A stretch of DNA of 64,000 bases from the NCBI RefSeq assembly GCF_000143415.4, contig NW_003314267.1, forward strand, positions 3,017,839-3,081,838, written 5' to 3'. This document shows positions 46,134-58,400 of this stretch, one piece after another. The notes beneath the pieces are model-generated. The model did not search any database and had not been told where the DNA came from. It was given only the letters and a program-made list of their open reading frames with translations. Position numbers and translations under genes: made by a program. How positions within the stretch are numbered: position 1 is the first letter of the stretch; the number at the start of each line of letters is the position of its first letter. The DNA comes from Selaginella moellendorffii (Eukaryota > Plantae > Lycopodiophyta).

Positions 46134-47192
46134 TGCAGCCCCACCAAAGAAAAAAAAAGAAAGAAGAAAAAAAAGGAGGTGAAGCAACCAGATCAGAGCT
46201 CCAAAATGTGAAAGACGGTACGGTACCTTCATCTTTGTTCCCAAATCTCTGGTGGATTCCTCTTTAGCATCTGGAGCACGAAAGCCAAAAGAAAAAGGAG
46301 GGGATCGAACGCGTCCGCCGAGACGGGATGAAACGTCAAGTTTGCTCTTCTGTTATGGCTTTGTCCTCTGTGTTTGCTTGCTGCTACTGCAACTACGAGA
46401 TGGTAAAGGCTGGCAATAAGAAACAAATGCGAAAGGAAGACCATATACATACCGCCACATTTCATGGGAAACTTCAGCTTGCTCTGCTCCTTAATGCAAA
46501 CCGATTGATTTCGACTGCTCACTGGTCATATTCTTCTTTGATCTCATCCTCCTCGCCTTCAAGGAGAGAGGAGGTACTTCTCCATTCATTGCCAACTACA
46601 CCAATCAAACAATCCCAATCGGTCAGTGAAGTTTCACGTTTTATCTCAGACTTACTTGTTGCGGTCCGAGACGCAAAGGCGCTTGTCTCGAATGATGGAA
46701 CTCGCTGCAACACATTTTCCAGCACTTAAACAAAATGCTGAAGCAATAGAATGATTTCTATCAGTATCGCCAAGAGTGGTGATCCACTCGACGAGCAAAG
46801 AGGCGTCTCTAGAGAATCACCTTTAAGCACTCAACTCGAGAGTTGAGATTTCTTGAAAGCAACAAGCTGACCATGGAGGCTTTCTCCTGATAAAAGAAAT
46901 GATCTAAGGACAGCTTGGTCTTTGTCTCCTGGTAAGGTATCCAACTAAGACTGAATAAAATACTTGAGCTACCTTGCTGTGTTGCGCTACTAGAAGTGTA
47001 CGTAGCTAAAATATCTATCTCGCTGAATGGTGGAATACTCTAGGATGGCTATGTATTTGCTTCTTTCTGCGAACACGATTGATTTCATTAGTTGCAATAG
47101 ATTTTAAAAATCGAGACACTGGATAGTGCTTTCCACTCGACAACAAAAAAACATAAAAAGTTTGAGAACAAAAAGCGAGGCTTACTGGCTAC

Positions 47193-48064
47193 CTAGAGAG
47201 CCGAGACGATCTCAAAGCTGTGTGAAACCAGATCGTGTGTGTTTTCGAAAACAAAACTGCCTCGAAACATTGATCCTGCTTCACAGACAAGAGCTCAGAT
47301 AAAACAAATACCGTGCACTGCTTACCTTGAAGAAAGTGGGGGTACCAGATGGGATCGTCCTTCCACATTTTGTCTGGGAAAGAAAAATAAAAAACTAAGA
47401 AACCGAACAGTTCCAAAGGTCAATCTTACCGAAGGGGATCTCTTGAGTTAAGAACCAACGAGGGCACATTTCTTCTGTTTCGCAAGGATCGCCAACAAAA
47501 TGCTCGACATGGTAAACATGGACCTAAACATGAACAAAAAGGCGAAGTATTTACACAAGAAAACTCCTGAAAGCCGCCAATCTTACCTCCCATGGCACTG
47601 GCTTGTCGTCGAAATGGAAAGTGAGAATGCCACGCTTGTCCATTTTCGTGGGAGTAATTCCAGCTTCTTCCTCCAGCTACAAAACCAAACCACATTAATA
47701 AGATTCTCACTTTCTCGTGCCTAAAAAACAGCCCAAACAAACCTCTCTTGCCGCCGCCTGTTCAATCGTCTCCCCGTCCTCTACCTTCCCACCAAACCCA
47801 TTGAAATACCCTTCTCCGAACCTACACACGAAAACTTAGATGAGTGCCAGAACCAACAAGCACAAAGCCATACCCGCGCTTCTTCATACCAAGAAGAACT
47901 CGTCCGTCCTTGTGAACAATGGCCAAAGTCAGAAGCTTCACTTTCGCCTTGGCGGTCATCGCCATAGCAAACAAGAGCTTTCGCCTGAATGGACTGCGCC
48001 CTACCAAGGGCGAACTCCTCGACTTTGGTGCCGGACAAGCAGAGGGTATCCAAGGAGCCATCAT
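47193..48064 (-). CDS. MTH1/NUDT1-type oxidized purine nucleoside triphosphatase (Nudix), 6 exons; alternative start 47965
   Basis: Spliced: KLLTLAIVHKDGRVLLGMKKRG|FGEGYFNGFGGKVEDGETIEQAAARE|LEEEAG..|VHVY..ETEEMCPRWF..IPF|DKMWKDDPIWYPHFLQ|GSMFRG. Confidence 0.9.
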
Positions 48065-48647
48065 ATCTACAAAGATTTAGCCGGCTGCTGCCCTGGTATC
48101 TTACTGGTCCCGTATCGAAAGTTCGTGTTTGCCTCTCTGTCACACATACTATCACGGTCGCAGTCGTCGTAACAGCCAAAGGTCTATCACTTTCGAACGT
48201 TTCCCAGCATCCACCAACCAAGTAGCCAAATAAGCTAGCTACCTATAGCTTTCTCCATCTCCGGTGTCTCACATTCTCGCAATGCTGTCGGTCGATCTGA
48301 TGCTTCGGGGTAGCTTTGAGCTGGGCGGCCATTTCCTCCTATCGAACTATATAGTGATTCGGCTGTTGTTGTCATCAATGTCTTTTATCTCGGCTCAAAG
48401 ATGCGGCTCCAACCAACACCACGGGGCCGAAACCAATCCCTCCGTGACAGCCGCCAAGAAGCTTTCAACTGACTCACTGACTGCCCGAGTAACTCCCGCT
48501 ACGAAGTTGTGTATCTGTGTAAATGCGTCTTTGTCGTGTGCCTAGACTATCGTTGCGATTTAAAGTGCCACCCAACCCAAAACTGACTGACTGCTGTAGT
48601 GTTGGAGTGTTTTTTTGTTCTCTGCCACCCCTGTTTTGTTAGTTTCC

Positions 48648-49406
48648 TCAGATCCGCAACAGAAAGATACTTAGCTCGGGTCCCCCAGTTCCATCCGGAT
48701 TCATCATGTAAAACGCTTCCGAGTCCTTTGATCCCACCACCCTCTCGAAGCGGGCTCTCATATACATGAGCTCGCCATCAGCCCCTTCCTCGTCCATTGG
48801 CAAAACCCCGGCACCCATCGAAACCGCCTGGACCATCCTCAGTATCTGTAGATCTGAATCGGAGCAAATCCTCCGCAGAGCGTAGCCACTCTTCCTGCCG
48901 TTGCAGTACATCGTCCACACTTGCTCCAGGAAGAGCTTCCCCCGATTCATCGTCCTCTCGCATTCTAGAGCAATCCTGACAAGCCCGGACGCCATCTCTT
49001 TCACCAGCGTACTCGTTGGAGTGGTAAGTTCCAGCAGCAGCACCGGAGGTGACTTTGGATCCTCTTGCACCGCGAAGTGGACATGGCCTTTCCTGTTGCC
49101 AAAGAGAGTGCCAGTGACGCGGCTCCCTAGAGCGGAGGACTCGGACGGCCCTCCGGGAAGTGACATCCGGCGGCACGCGATCTGGACGGGCAGGAAGTGG
49201 AAGAAGGAGCGGAAGGCCGAGAAGAGCTTCTTGTGGCGATTGGATGTGGTCCTGGAGAAGGGAAACATGGCCGAGAAGGCCGCGTACTTGGAAGGATCCC
49301 TGGAACTCGGCGAGCTCTCCAGCTTCTTCTGGTCCGATGCTGCGCCATCGCTGCCGCTCTTGGATTTCGACTTGTCCATGGCGATATTCTCCTCTCCCTT
49401 CATCAT
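48648..49406 (-). CDS. MIZU-KUSSEI 1-like (DUF617) protein, intronless
   Basis: VTGTLFGNRKGHV, LLLEL, EMASGLVRIALECE, WTMYCNGRKSGYA, VSMGAGVLP, YMRARFERVVGSKDSEAFYMMNPDG..GPELSIFLLR. Confidence 0.95.
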   Translation of the reverse strand: MMKGEENIAMDKSKSKSGSDGAASDQKKLESSPSSRDPSKYAAFSAMFPFSRTTSNRHKKLFSAFRSFFHFLPVQIACRRMSLPGGPSESSALGSRVTGTLFGNRKGHVHFAVQEDPKSPPVLLLELTTPTSTLVKEMASGLVRIALECERTMNRGKLFLEQVWTMYCNGRKSGYALRRICSDSDLQILRMVQAVSMGAGVLPMDEEGADGELMYMRARFERVVGSKDSEAFYMMNPDGTGGPELSIFLLRI

Positions 49407-50785
49407 CTCGGGAGAGAAATGCGGCGACTGGCAGCCGATCACGACGATTGCCCTTCGATCCCGGAAGAAAACCGACCGAATTCCCTCGAACGGACGAAAT
49501 TCCAGGCACTAAGCGGTGGCAGCTCCCACGCCGACGCGAAATCTAATCTGGGATCCAAGAAACGAGCAAGAATCATCCAGCTCTCTCGCGAATGCTGCCG
49601 ATTGCCGATAATCTAGCTAGAACAGTACCAGCGCATCGAGATCGATCGAGGCCGAGGCTCCTCCACTCTTCGTCGTCGTCGCCTCCGCAAACGCCAATTT
49701 AGAGAGGAAATAAAGTACCCTAGCCTTCCATTGACCCCCATGGTTTAGTTAAGCCTTCTTTAGTTAACAGTGCCGTTAAATGACAGCATGATGATACATT
49801 AGATGGCGTGCATGGATCCGCATGCATGGATAATGATGTTTTGGGCCATGGCCCATTAGGACATCCCATACCATGATCTAACAACAATGTATAGATTTAT
49901 CAATAGTATGATCATAGAATTATGTTTTCAAGCACATGCAAGCGTAAGAAGATTCCAATTGTTTAATCAGGCGGGTTGGCTAAGCAACCAACAATGCTAT
50001 TAAATCAGACTATTATACACTAGAAGAGCTTTTCTCTCGGCTTTTGGCCTTAGTTTAGAGCCGACGCTTTGTTTTGAGGTGTTTGGAGGAACACGAGGAC
50101 GAAAGAGCGGCGAAAAGAAATCCAATGTATGTGCTTCCAATGTTCGTATTTTCTCGCACACTATTCTCTCCCGATGGCTCCCAGCCTTGTTTTTCTTCGC
50201 TTTATACTTTTTATCTAGTGCTGGATTGCACCAAACTCTTTCATGTGCAAGGTCGATCATGTCCAGCATTTAAGCTCCCTTTTTCTTTAGCAAAAATCCC
50301 CATCAGAATTTCCAAACCTATGAGGGTTGATGCCGCAGGGAATCGAACACTGACGGATCCATTCACCCTCACGACATTCCTGCTGCTTGGATCGAGCATT
50401 CAAGAGCTCTTCAGGCATTTGTTAAAACCCATGGTACTGTACCCCTGGAAAAAGTGGTACGGCAACTAGAAAAAATGGAAGCTACGAAGAAAAAAAGCCC
50501 CACGAGGAAAAAACCTGTTTGGTACCACTCGCCTGACTCACTTGTTTTTTAAATGTGTTTTTCTTCTGAATTCTATATTAGTGAAGAAAAAATATTAAGA
50601 TCTGGTCAGGAGATGATCTGATCTATATACATTCTAGACGAGCTATAGTTCTGTCCCAGTTTCGTCTTGTCTGCCTAGGCGTGAAGTGAAGGTTCCTTTT
50701 TCCCCATGCTGCGCCTGCGTCCTTTTGTTCCCACACATTTTATGGATTAGTTTATAGGCTCTAAACTATGATAAAAGATTATTAT

Positions 50786-51830
50786 TTAAATGTAAAGGCC
50801 TTTAACTTTTAAGAAGTGACCTTGCTGAAGTCTGGAAGCCAAGGTGGGCGCAATGTCTCCAAGTAGCATGGCCACCACCCGCGACATGCAGATCAACGAA
50901 ATTGTTAGTACCCTCTGCAGCTCTTTCTTTGGGCATGTCTCTGGAACAAGTTTCTCGTCGACAGATCCACCCATCGACGCTCCTCATATAGCTCACAAGC
51001 CCATGAAAATTCACTTAATAGAGACTTTTACATTCCAGCAGAAATGACTTTGCTACCCGGCCCTCGGCCTTAAGAGACTATTGTTTTCAAGGAACTCGTA
51101 GACAAGAAACTGGTCTTCTCCTCGTTGGAAATGGAGTGAGCTTTTATTTGCAAGCACTTGATGGCAACTGGTCCAATTCTTTGTACATTTCCCTGATTGA
51201 TCTCACAACCACAAACCAGATCAAAATAAAGTTAAGTTGTGTTTACCTTGTCAGCTCCCCCTTCCCGTTCTCCAGCCGCATGAAAATTTGGATGGCAGCA
51301 ATGCAAAGAGCTGAAATATATCGAGCTTGCAAAAGCTTTTGGTTCATCTAAGCAAATCAAAGAAATGCATGGTAGTAAGAAAGTTTAAAACTTATCTCCC
51401 TTTTCAATCCGAAAAGACTTGTCAATCCGAATGCCAAGGCAGTCAGAACAGCGATTGATAAAACCTTGAGTTTGTTTGTGGGTTTTGCATTTGGAACTGG
51501 TGCCTGTTTCACACAAAGCTTGTCAACATCTAAGAAGAAAAACTCACTTGAAGCACTGCATGGGTATCCTCCAAATGCTTTGAGCGCCGCCAGGTCCACT
51601 TCCAAGATAACTCCGCTTGGTCCAACTCCCAGTGATTTCCATCCCGAGATTTGTGAAAATGTCGGACGACCATGCGCAAATTCTGAAGTTCCAACTGTTG
51701 AGTTGTAGAGCACCAAGTTCCAATCCTGCTGGAGCAGGAGATAGCAATTAGGCTGCTCCACCACTTGGCCTCGCACTTGGCCTCCAGGCTGAAGCCAAAT
51801 CGTGTTGTTTTTAGCAGTGTTCATGATCCG
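50786..51830 (-). pseudogene. Bulb-type lectin receptor-like kinase pseudogene with large deletions
   Basis: LLLQQDWNLVLY (QxDxNxVxY), TM segment VLSIAVLTALAFGL, then GPVAIKCL, FLVYEFLENNSL, ELQRVLTISLICM in broken frames. Confidence 0.65.
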
Positions 51831-52999
51831 GCCGCAAAGGGAGCGAGGATGGAACAAGAGGGTGATGGAGATGCCATCTCTTGGCGATCGGCGGAAGGCG
51901 GAGCCGCCACAGTACGAGAGCTCGGGGTGGATAGTGGCCAGCAAATCGCCCAGTGCGTCCTTGATCACCCCCTTGTCGAATTTTTCCAGTTGGGCATTCT
52001 CTGCAAACAAGTGTAGCGGAGACGCAGCTCTGCGTTTTTCGCTGCACTTGTTTCGAGAGAATGCCCAAGCACACACGATGCCGTTGCGGTCATCGCGAAT
52101 GCCATCCTCCAAGCGAGAGTGCTCTAGCTGCAATGCTTTAATTTCATTGCGTATGCAGTTCGGCATCTAGTTGACGGCGAGCTTGACCAGACCAGTTCCA
52201 TGCATTTACCCATACGAGGCATCTTTCGTACAGGAAATTACTACTTGTCTTGGTTCACATTGCCGTGCGAATTTCGTTTCGTTTCGTTTCCTCAACACCA
52301 CCCAAACTTTATCTAGGACGCAAAATGACAAGGGCAAAAGCAAACTTTAATGTGTGATGGCATGATTGAAACTCTGTTAATTGCCGCAGTATATTTTGAC
52401 ACATGGTCCGTGATCTTGACTTGGAATTGGTTCAAGAACATTCTCGAGTTGCAAGGATGATTTGTCATGGACGAGCACTTCAAGAGCTTTTGACTAAATT
52501 ACCTCGCTTTGTTCTCCTTTGTACTCATACACTTCTGAAAGGAGGCATTTTCCTTGATGATGGCGCTTCCGCGGCCATGGCCATCCATGTTTCCAGTTGG
52601 GCGTGGCATGGGAAATCGAGAAGCCTTGCGATGCATCATAGAGAGGAATTCCGAACATTTCTTCAAACGAAGCACAATGCAGGGACAATTTGGTTTTATC
52701 TGATTGACGACGTGCTTACAAAGCTACAAAGTCATGCGACTCAAAGATTCTATATCCTTTACAAATGTGCAGCATATGCCTGGGCATTTTCAAGGCAGGC
52801 AGTTACTGCTTGTACTGGTTCACTTGGCCGTGTAATCTTTCACTCTACCTAGTCTAGACCACAACAACCGTTCTCTCCTTTTTGGAGGATCAAAGCAGAC
52901 GGTCCTCTGTGGTATGATAAAAACTCCATTTGTGTTGCATATACCCAAGTGTGGGATGTTGGATACATCACGTTTCACTGCTCAGCGACCTGATTCGCT

Positions 53000-54480
53000 T
53001 GGACATAACTCTCGACTCACGCCTCCGGAACCACCATCCTCGAAAATTCTTGATAAAGATGGTCTCGAGCATCTGGACGACATTGCTCATGCTGGGCCTG
53101 TCCGGCTGGATGCACCAGAATGCGACCCGAAGAGCCATCTCAAACTGCTCCCAGTCGATGCTCTTGGCCGTCCTCGGATCTGCTGTGGATTTCATGTTTC
53201 CCGTTGTGTACTACTCAAATGCCCAGACTGGGAAGTACCAGCGCCCGCTATTCATGGCTGGGGAAGAACATAAACTTGTCCCTTCCGCTCCCGAGCAGAA
53301 CCATTCCAAAGCTGTACACGTCTACCTTTGGAGCGATTGCAACCATGCTGATCCACTCCGGCGCCATGTATCCTCGAGTGTCTCTCGCGGTGGTAACGTT
53401 TGCACTGCTCTCTCGCTTCATCAGCTTCGCGAGCCCAAAGTCGGAGACTTTTGGATGGAAGTTGTCGTCGAAGAGGATGTTTTGAGGTTTGACGTCGCAG
53501 TGGATGATGCATTCCTGGCACTGCTGGTGGAGATAAGTGATCCCTCTTGAGATGCTCAAGGCAATTGCCAACCTTGTTTTCCATTTGCACAAAGTTTGAG
53601 GTATCTGGGAGCTCGCTTCATCCACTTGTAGGCCTGGAGTTTCATTATTCTTCCCATCCTGGTCAGCTTGCCAGGGAACTATTTGCCATGTACTCGTAGA
53701 CAAGCAGCCTGTGGCTTCCTTCGGCACAGTATCCGAGCATTCGAACCAGGCTGATGTGGTGGATTTTTCCCAGTGTTGCATCCTCCATCATTAAGTCACT
53801 TCACGGCCACCAGAGATGTACCGTCTGCAAGCACTCCTTTGTAAACCGTGCCAAATGCTCCAGCTCCAAGCTTATCTTTGAAATTGTCAGTCGCTACTTC
53901 AAGCTGGTGATACGTGAACTTGGTGACTACTCCATCAACTTGGTCCAGAGCTTGTGACAAGCGCTTAATCCTTTTCTCGGTGTAGAGCCACCAGATCACT
54001 CCCGCTGCTAGAAACAACAAGAGCTCGGCAGTAGCAATGGCTGCAGGAATGACAAGCTTGAAAGCTTCTCAGACTTGTTTCAGCTTGGCATAGCTCTTGA
54101 CGTTAGTTTCATTTACATAGTCGAGAAGAGCTGATTAAGAGGAGCCTCGGGTCAAACTCTTGAAGCTGTCGAGACCTTGAGGAACACCAGAGATGTTGGA
54201 GGGAATCTGAAAACCATTACATGGAACTGGACCTTTAGTATAACAGGCAGGTGCCATGGCGATCAACTCTGTATACAAAGCTGAGGCATCCACAGTCTGT
54301 CACAGGGGCATCTGCATCCCTCCAGAGAAGTGGGAGACAGGTCTTTCATGTAATCATTACCATTGTAGCTGGCTCTGTCCACATGCACCCGGTCATGGTG
54401 ATTACTTGACCCATTGCAGCAAAGTTGCAACCTTAGTAATGCTCTTGTGGATTGATGAAGTGAAAAGGTGGATCTAGGGG
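53000..54480 (-). pseudogene. G-type lectin S-domain (SD2-like) receptor kinase pseudogene, 3' part
   Basis: [31 protein letters not shown] then stop; IIHCDVKPQNIL, SDFGLAKL, TRGYMAPEW, ALRVAFWCIQ; frameshifts. Confidence 0.92.
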
Positions 54481-54499
54481 CATATTGATATTCTTCACA

Positions 54500-55011
54500 G
54501 TAGCCTCAAGAAGCTAAATGAGTTTCATATGAAAGGAGTCCAAAACAATATGGCTATGGAGAAAATATGTGCAAAAAGCAACACTAATGTTGTAACAAAC
54601 GGCCATAAAAGAAAAAAAGCAATATAGCTTTCTTTCTTTACAATATGGTCATGGAAATAAAAAAATGAGAATAAAACAAATAGTTCAAATTATATAACAA
54701 TATAGTTATAAAACTCAATTCTCCCCTTCCTTAGGAATGTCATCTAAGTCATAATAAAACATTTTCTTCATATCATCTTTAGTTTCTCATGTAGCTTTGT
54801 CCATGGAATAACTATTCCATTGAACTAATAACTTTTTAGTTGTCTTTTGGTGTGTTTTCACCAATTTCTGAGCAAGAATATTAGCCAGACTAGCCTTCTC
54901 AGCATTAATCTCTTGGACTTAGATAATAGACTAATCCATGATATCACTAGAGTGTAAACACACTTCAAACTTGCTTATATGGAACATTGGATGAGTCTTT
55001 GAACTAGTTGG
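54500..55011 (-). mobile_element. Outer gypsy element, 3' end (integrase tail/chromodomain-like region, 3' untranslated part)
   Basis: Homologous to 11340-11858, including TTCTCCCCTTCCTTAGGAATG. Confidence 0.85.
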
Positions 55012-55419
55012 TGTCAGGAATCCCTCAATTCTTGCCACATTCTTGACTCTTGCCGGATTCCTGACCCACAGACCACATTCCTGACTTTCGAGACACTTCC
55101 CTATTCCTGACTCTCGAGACACTTCTCTATTCCTGACTCTCGAGACACTTCCCTATTCCTGACTCTTTGATTTCCCGTACAATTCCCGAGTCTTGAACCA
55201 CATTCCTGATGATGACATAGCACCTCCTCGACCTCAGCTATATTTAGGCCGTCCTCGATCCAAGAGTGGTGGAGCTTCATCAACCTATATATAAGTTAGC
55301 CTTGTTCCATTTCTCCACAATCTGAATCAATGTTAATCTAAGGCCATTTCTTTGTTTCTACTAGTTTTTCTCTTTGTCTTCTATATTTTCCAGTCTTGAT
55401 TTTGTTGGGGGTCTTGATA
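55012..55419 (+). repeat. 5' LTR
   Basis: Starts TGTCAGGA, ends TCTTGATA; three 26-bp tandem units; TATA at 55286. Confidence 0.93.
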
Positions 55420-58400
55420 ATTTGATTCAGATTGTGTTTTTTTGCTTTTGGTTTAGCTTGTTTTGATTGTTTGACTGCTTTTGCCTTTTTCCCCCTTTTC
55501 TTTCTTCTTTGCTAATGGAGTCTCCAAGACATTCTGATTTCTTTGCCAAAGTCCTTGCAAAAATCCAGTCTAAGAATACCAAGCTAAAAGTGACCCTTCT
55601 TCACATGCAATAGGAGCTTGCTTCACTTTTGGCTCAAAGATCAAGCAAAGTTCTTGAACCGAAGGTGAGTTTCCTGCTGAAATTTTCAAGCAAGCATTTG
55701 GAGCTTTGCAGATTCCTGAACCAGATGGAGCTAATCTTCGCACTTCAACATCAGCGGTACCCCACTCCCGAGTCTGAAATCAGTGAGATCGGGACATTGT
55801 TCAAAGGTGCAGCTTTGTCATTGTTTTCTCCTCTCCTGGAGAAGAGCATGAAAGGGGTTGTGGTTTCGGAGCTGATGGATCTTCAGTTGTTCAAAGAGAA
55901 GCTTGAAGCATGTTTTGGTGAGACGGATCGGGTTTAGGCTGCCACCACAAATATGAGATGTCTCTCTTAGGGGTCTCATCTTGCCTCAATATATGCTACA
56001 GAGTTTCAACTCCTTGCCTTGGACACTTAGTGGGATGAGCAGGCCTTGATTGATTAATTTTGTTTCGGCCTCAACAACGGTGTCAAAAATTTGTTGCTCA
56101 CCATGGAGGATCCTACGGACCTGTCGGACGCCATCAACAAAACTATTTGATGCGACAATCGTCTCTTTGAACATCATCAAGAAAGTCGCCGCACTGCCAT
56201 TTTCCCATCCCAAACTCAGGAATCCCAACTTGAGTCTTTGGGACATACTCTTGAACCTATTGCTCTGGTCCCAATGGATATTTTTGGTACTTCCCAACTC
56301 ATCAAAGGGAAGTTGAGTCTTGTTGAGAAGCAACGTCGAGTATCTCATAATCTTTGCCTCTACTGTGCTGATCCTAATCATAAAGCAACTATATATCCTA
56401 AGAAGCCTCCCCAACTGCTCGAGTTCACTCTGCCTCAAGGTCCACCTCTATTGCAATTGGGAAACGACCCTGTCTAAACAAAGTAGGAGGTGTCTGTTTG
56501 GACTCCCCAAATAAAAATCACTTTTCTTCTTTATCATGCTCTTCACCACCTTTCATCAAAGCCACCACTAATTCCCACAACTTCCGCATCCCATATCTCC
56601 TTTCTTTCACTGGACAATCAGGACTCAAGGCTCTGGTGCTACTAGATTCGGGTGCAACTTCCTATTTCATGGACATGGACTTTGCTGCCCGACATCACAT
56701 TCCTTTTTTTCCTACCATACAGGATTTGAGGGTTGAAGGCATCAGTTGACATTTTGTGTCTCCATCTTCTGGACTTAAGGAAACATTACGTTCGAGTACA
56801 CATTGGGTCCACCATTATTGATATTGCCTTCAACATTATCAACAACAAGTCCTCCTCTATGGTGCTCGGCCTTCCTTGGTTCCAACTGCACCAACTACAG
56901 ATCTGTTGGAAGGAATTATAGCTCATCTCTCCCACGTCACCATCTCCCACATCTTCCCTTGCTGTTCATCGAGTCTGAATTAGGAAAAATTCCCTAAACT
57001 CAAATTGGGGTTCTATTCTTGACTCTACGAAGTTTTCACCCTCTTCTTTTCCCTCTCTTCCATCTTACACTGATAGTATCCTTGCTTCATCATTCCATTC
57101 AATCGTACGCCTCCTCCTATCTCCACAATAACTATGAAAGAACTCTTTCATGAAGAACCTATTTTCCTTTTTGCTTTGCATGTTTCTCCTGTTAGTCTTC
57201 CTGAGAAGTATCATGATTTTGGGGATGTGTTTGACAAGAAAAAAGCTAGTGTACTGCCTGTTCATCAGCCTTACAATTGTTCCATTAATTTACAGGAAGG
57301 AGCGTCACCTCCGTGGGGGCCTATCTACGGGTTATCCCCATTTGAGCTTAAGGCCCTCAAAGAGTACATGGACAAGAACCTTGCCTCAGGGTACATTTAG
57401 CATTCACAATCCCCGGCTGAAATGCTTGTCTTCTTTGTCGAGAAGAAAGATGGGAGTTTATGGCTAGTCATTGACTATCGAGGTTTGAACAAGGTGACTG
57501 TTCGGAACTGTTATCTGCTGCCCCTGATCTCAGACCTGTTGGAACGCCTCAACGGTGCCCGCTTCTTCATCAAGATCAACTTCCGTGGAGCATACAACCT
57601 GATCTGGATCTGGCTTGGCGATGAATGGAAGACTGCATTCCAAACCTACTATGGCCACTTCAAGTACACTGTTATGCCGTTTGGCTTGACAAATGCTTCA
57701 GCAGTTTTCCAACATATGGCAAATGATGTCTTTTGGGAGTTTCTTAATCAAATGGTGATCGTCTACCTTGACGACATCCTTATCTACTAAAAAACTCAGG
57801 AGGAGCACAACAAGTATGTGCGCAAGGTGTTGGCAAAGCTGCGGGAACACAGCCTATACGCGAAGCTTGAGAAATGTTCCTTTGATCAGGAGTCTGTGGA
57901 GTTCCTTGGGTACATTGTCACTCTTGAGGGTATCATGATGGATCCTATCAAAGTCAAGACTATTTTGAATGGGAGCCTCCACAATTAATGTCGAATGTTC
58001 AGGTTTTCCTTGGCTTCGCCAACTTCTACCACAAATTCATTGATCACTACTTTGACATTGTCTTTCCTCTCACACATCTCACTTGCAAGGATGTTCCCTT
58101 CTCTTGGTCTACTGTTGCCCAGTAGGCCTTTGACACACTCAAGGCGGCCTTCAATTCTGCTCCCATCTTGATCCATGCTAATCCCTCACAACCTTTCTTC
58201 ATCGAGGTGGATGCCTCTCACTTTGCCATCGGTGCTGTGTTGTCTCAACTCGAAGCAGATCAGGAATTTCATCCGGTCGCTTTCCATTCTTGGAAATTCC
58301 AACTTACAGAGATCAATTACAAAATCCATGACAAGAAGCTCCTTGCCATTGTGGATTCCTTTGGAGAGTGGCGCCATTTCTTGGAGGGGGCGAGGCATCA

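Noticed and set aside
46008-46211. ORF resembling a signal peptide plus basic peptide
   Set aside because: Produced by the (CTG)n microsatellite and A-rich run; no other coding evidence.
46519-47185. Possible extra minus-strand exons downstream of the Nudix gene
   Set aside because: Splice-like signals exist but I could not assemble a consistent ORF; may be a spliced 3' UTR.
50000-52860. ORFs 50000-50469 and 52403-52852
   Set aside because: No recognisable domain or gene structure.
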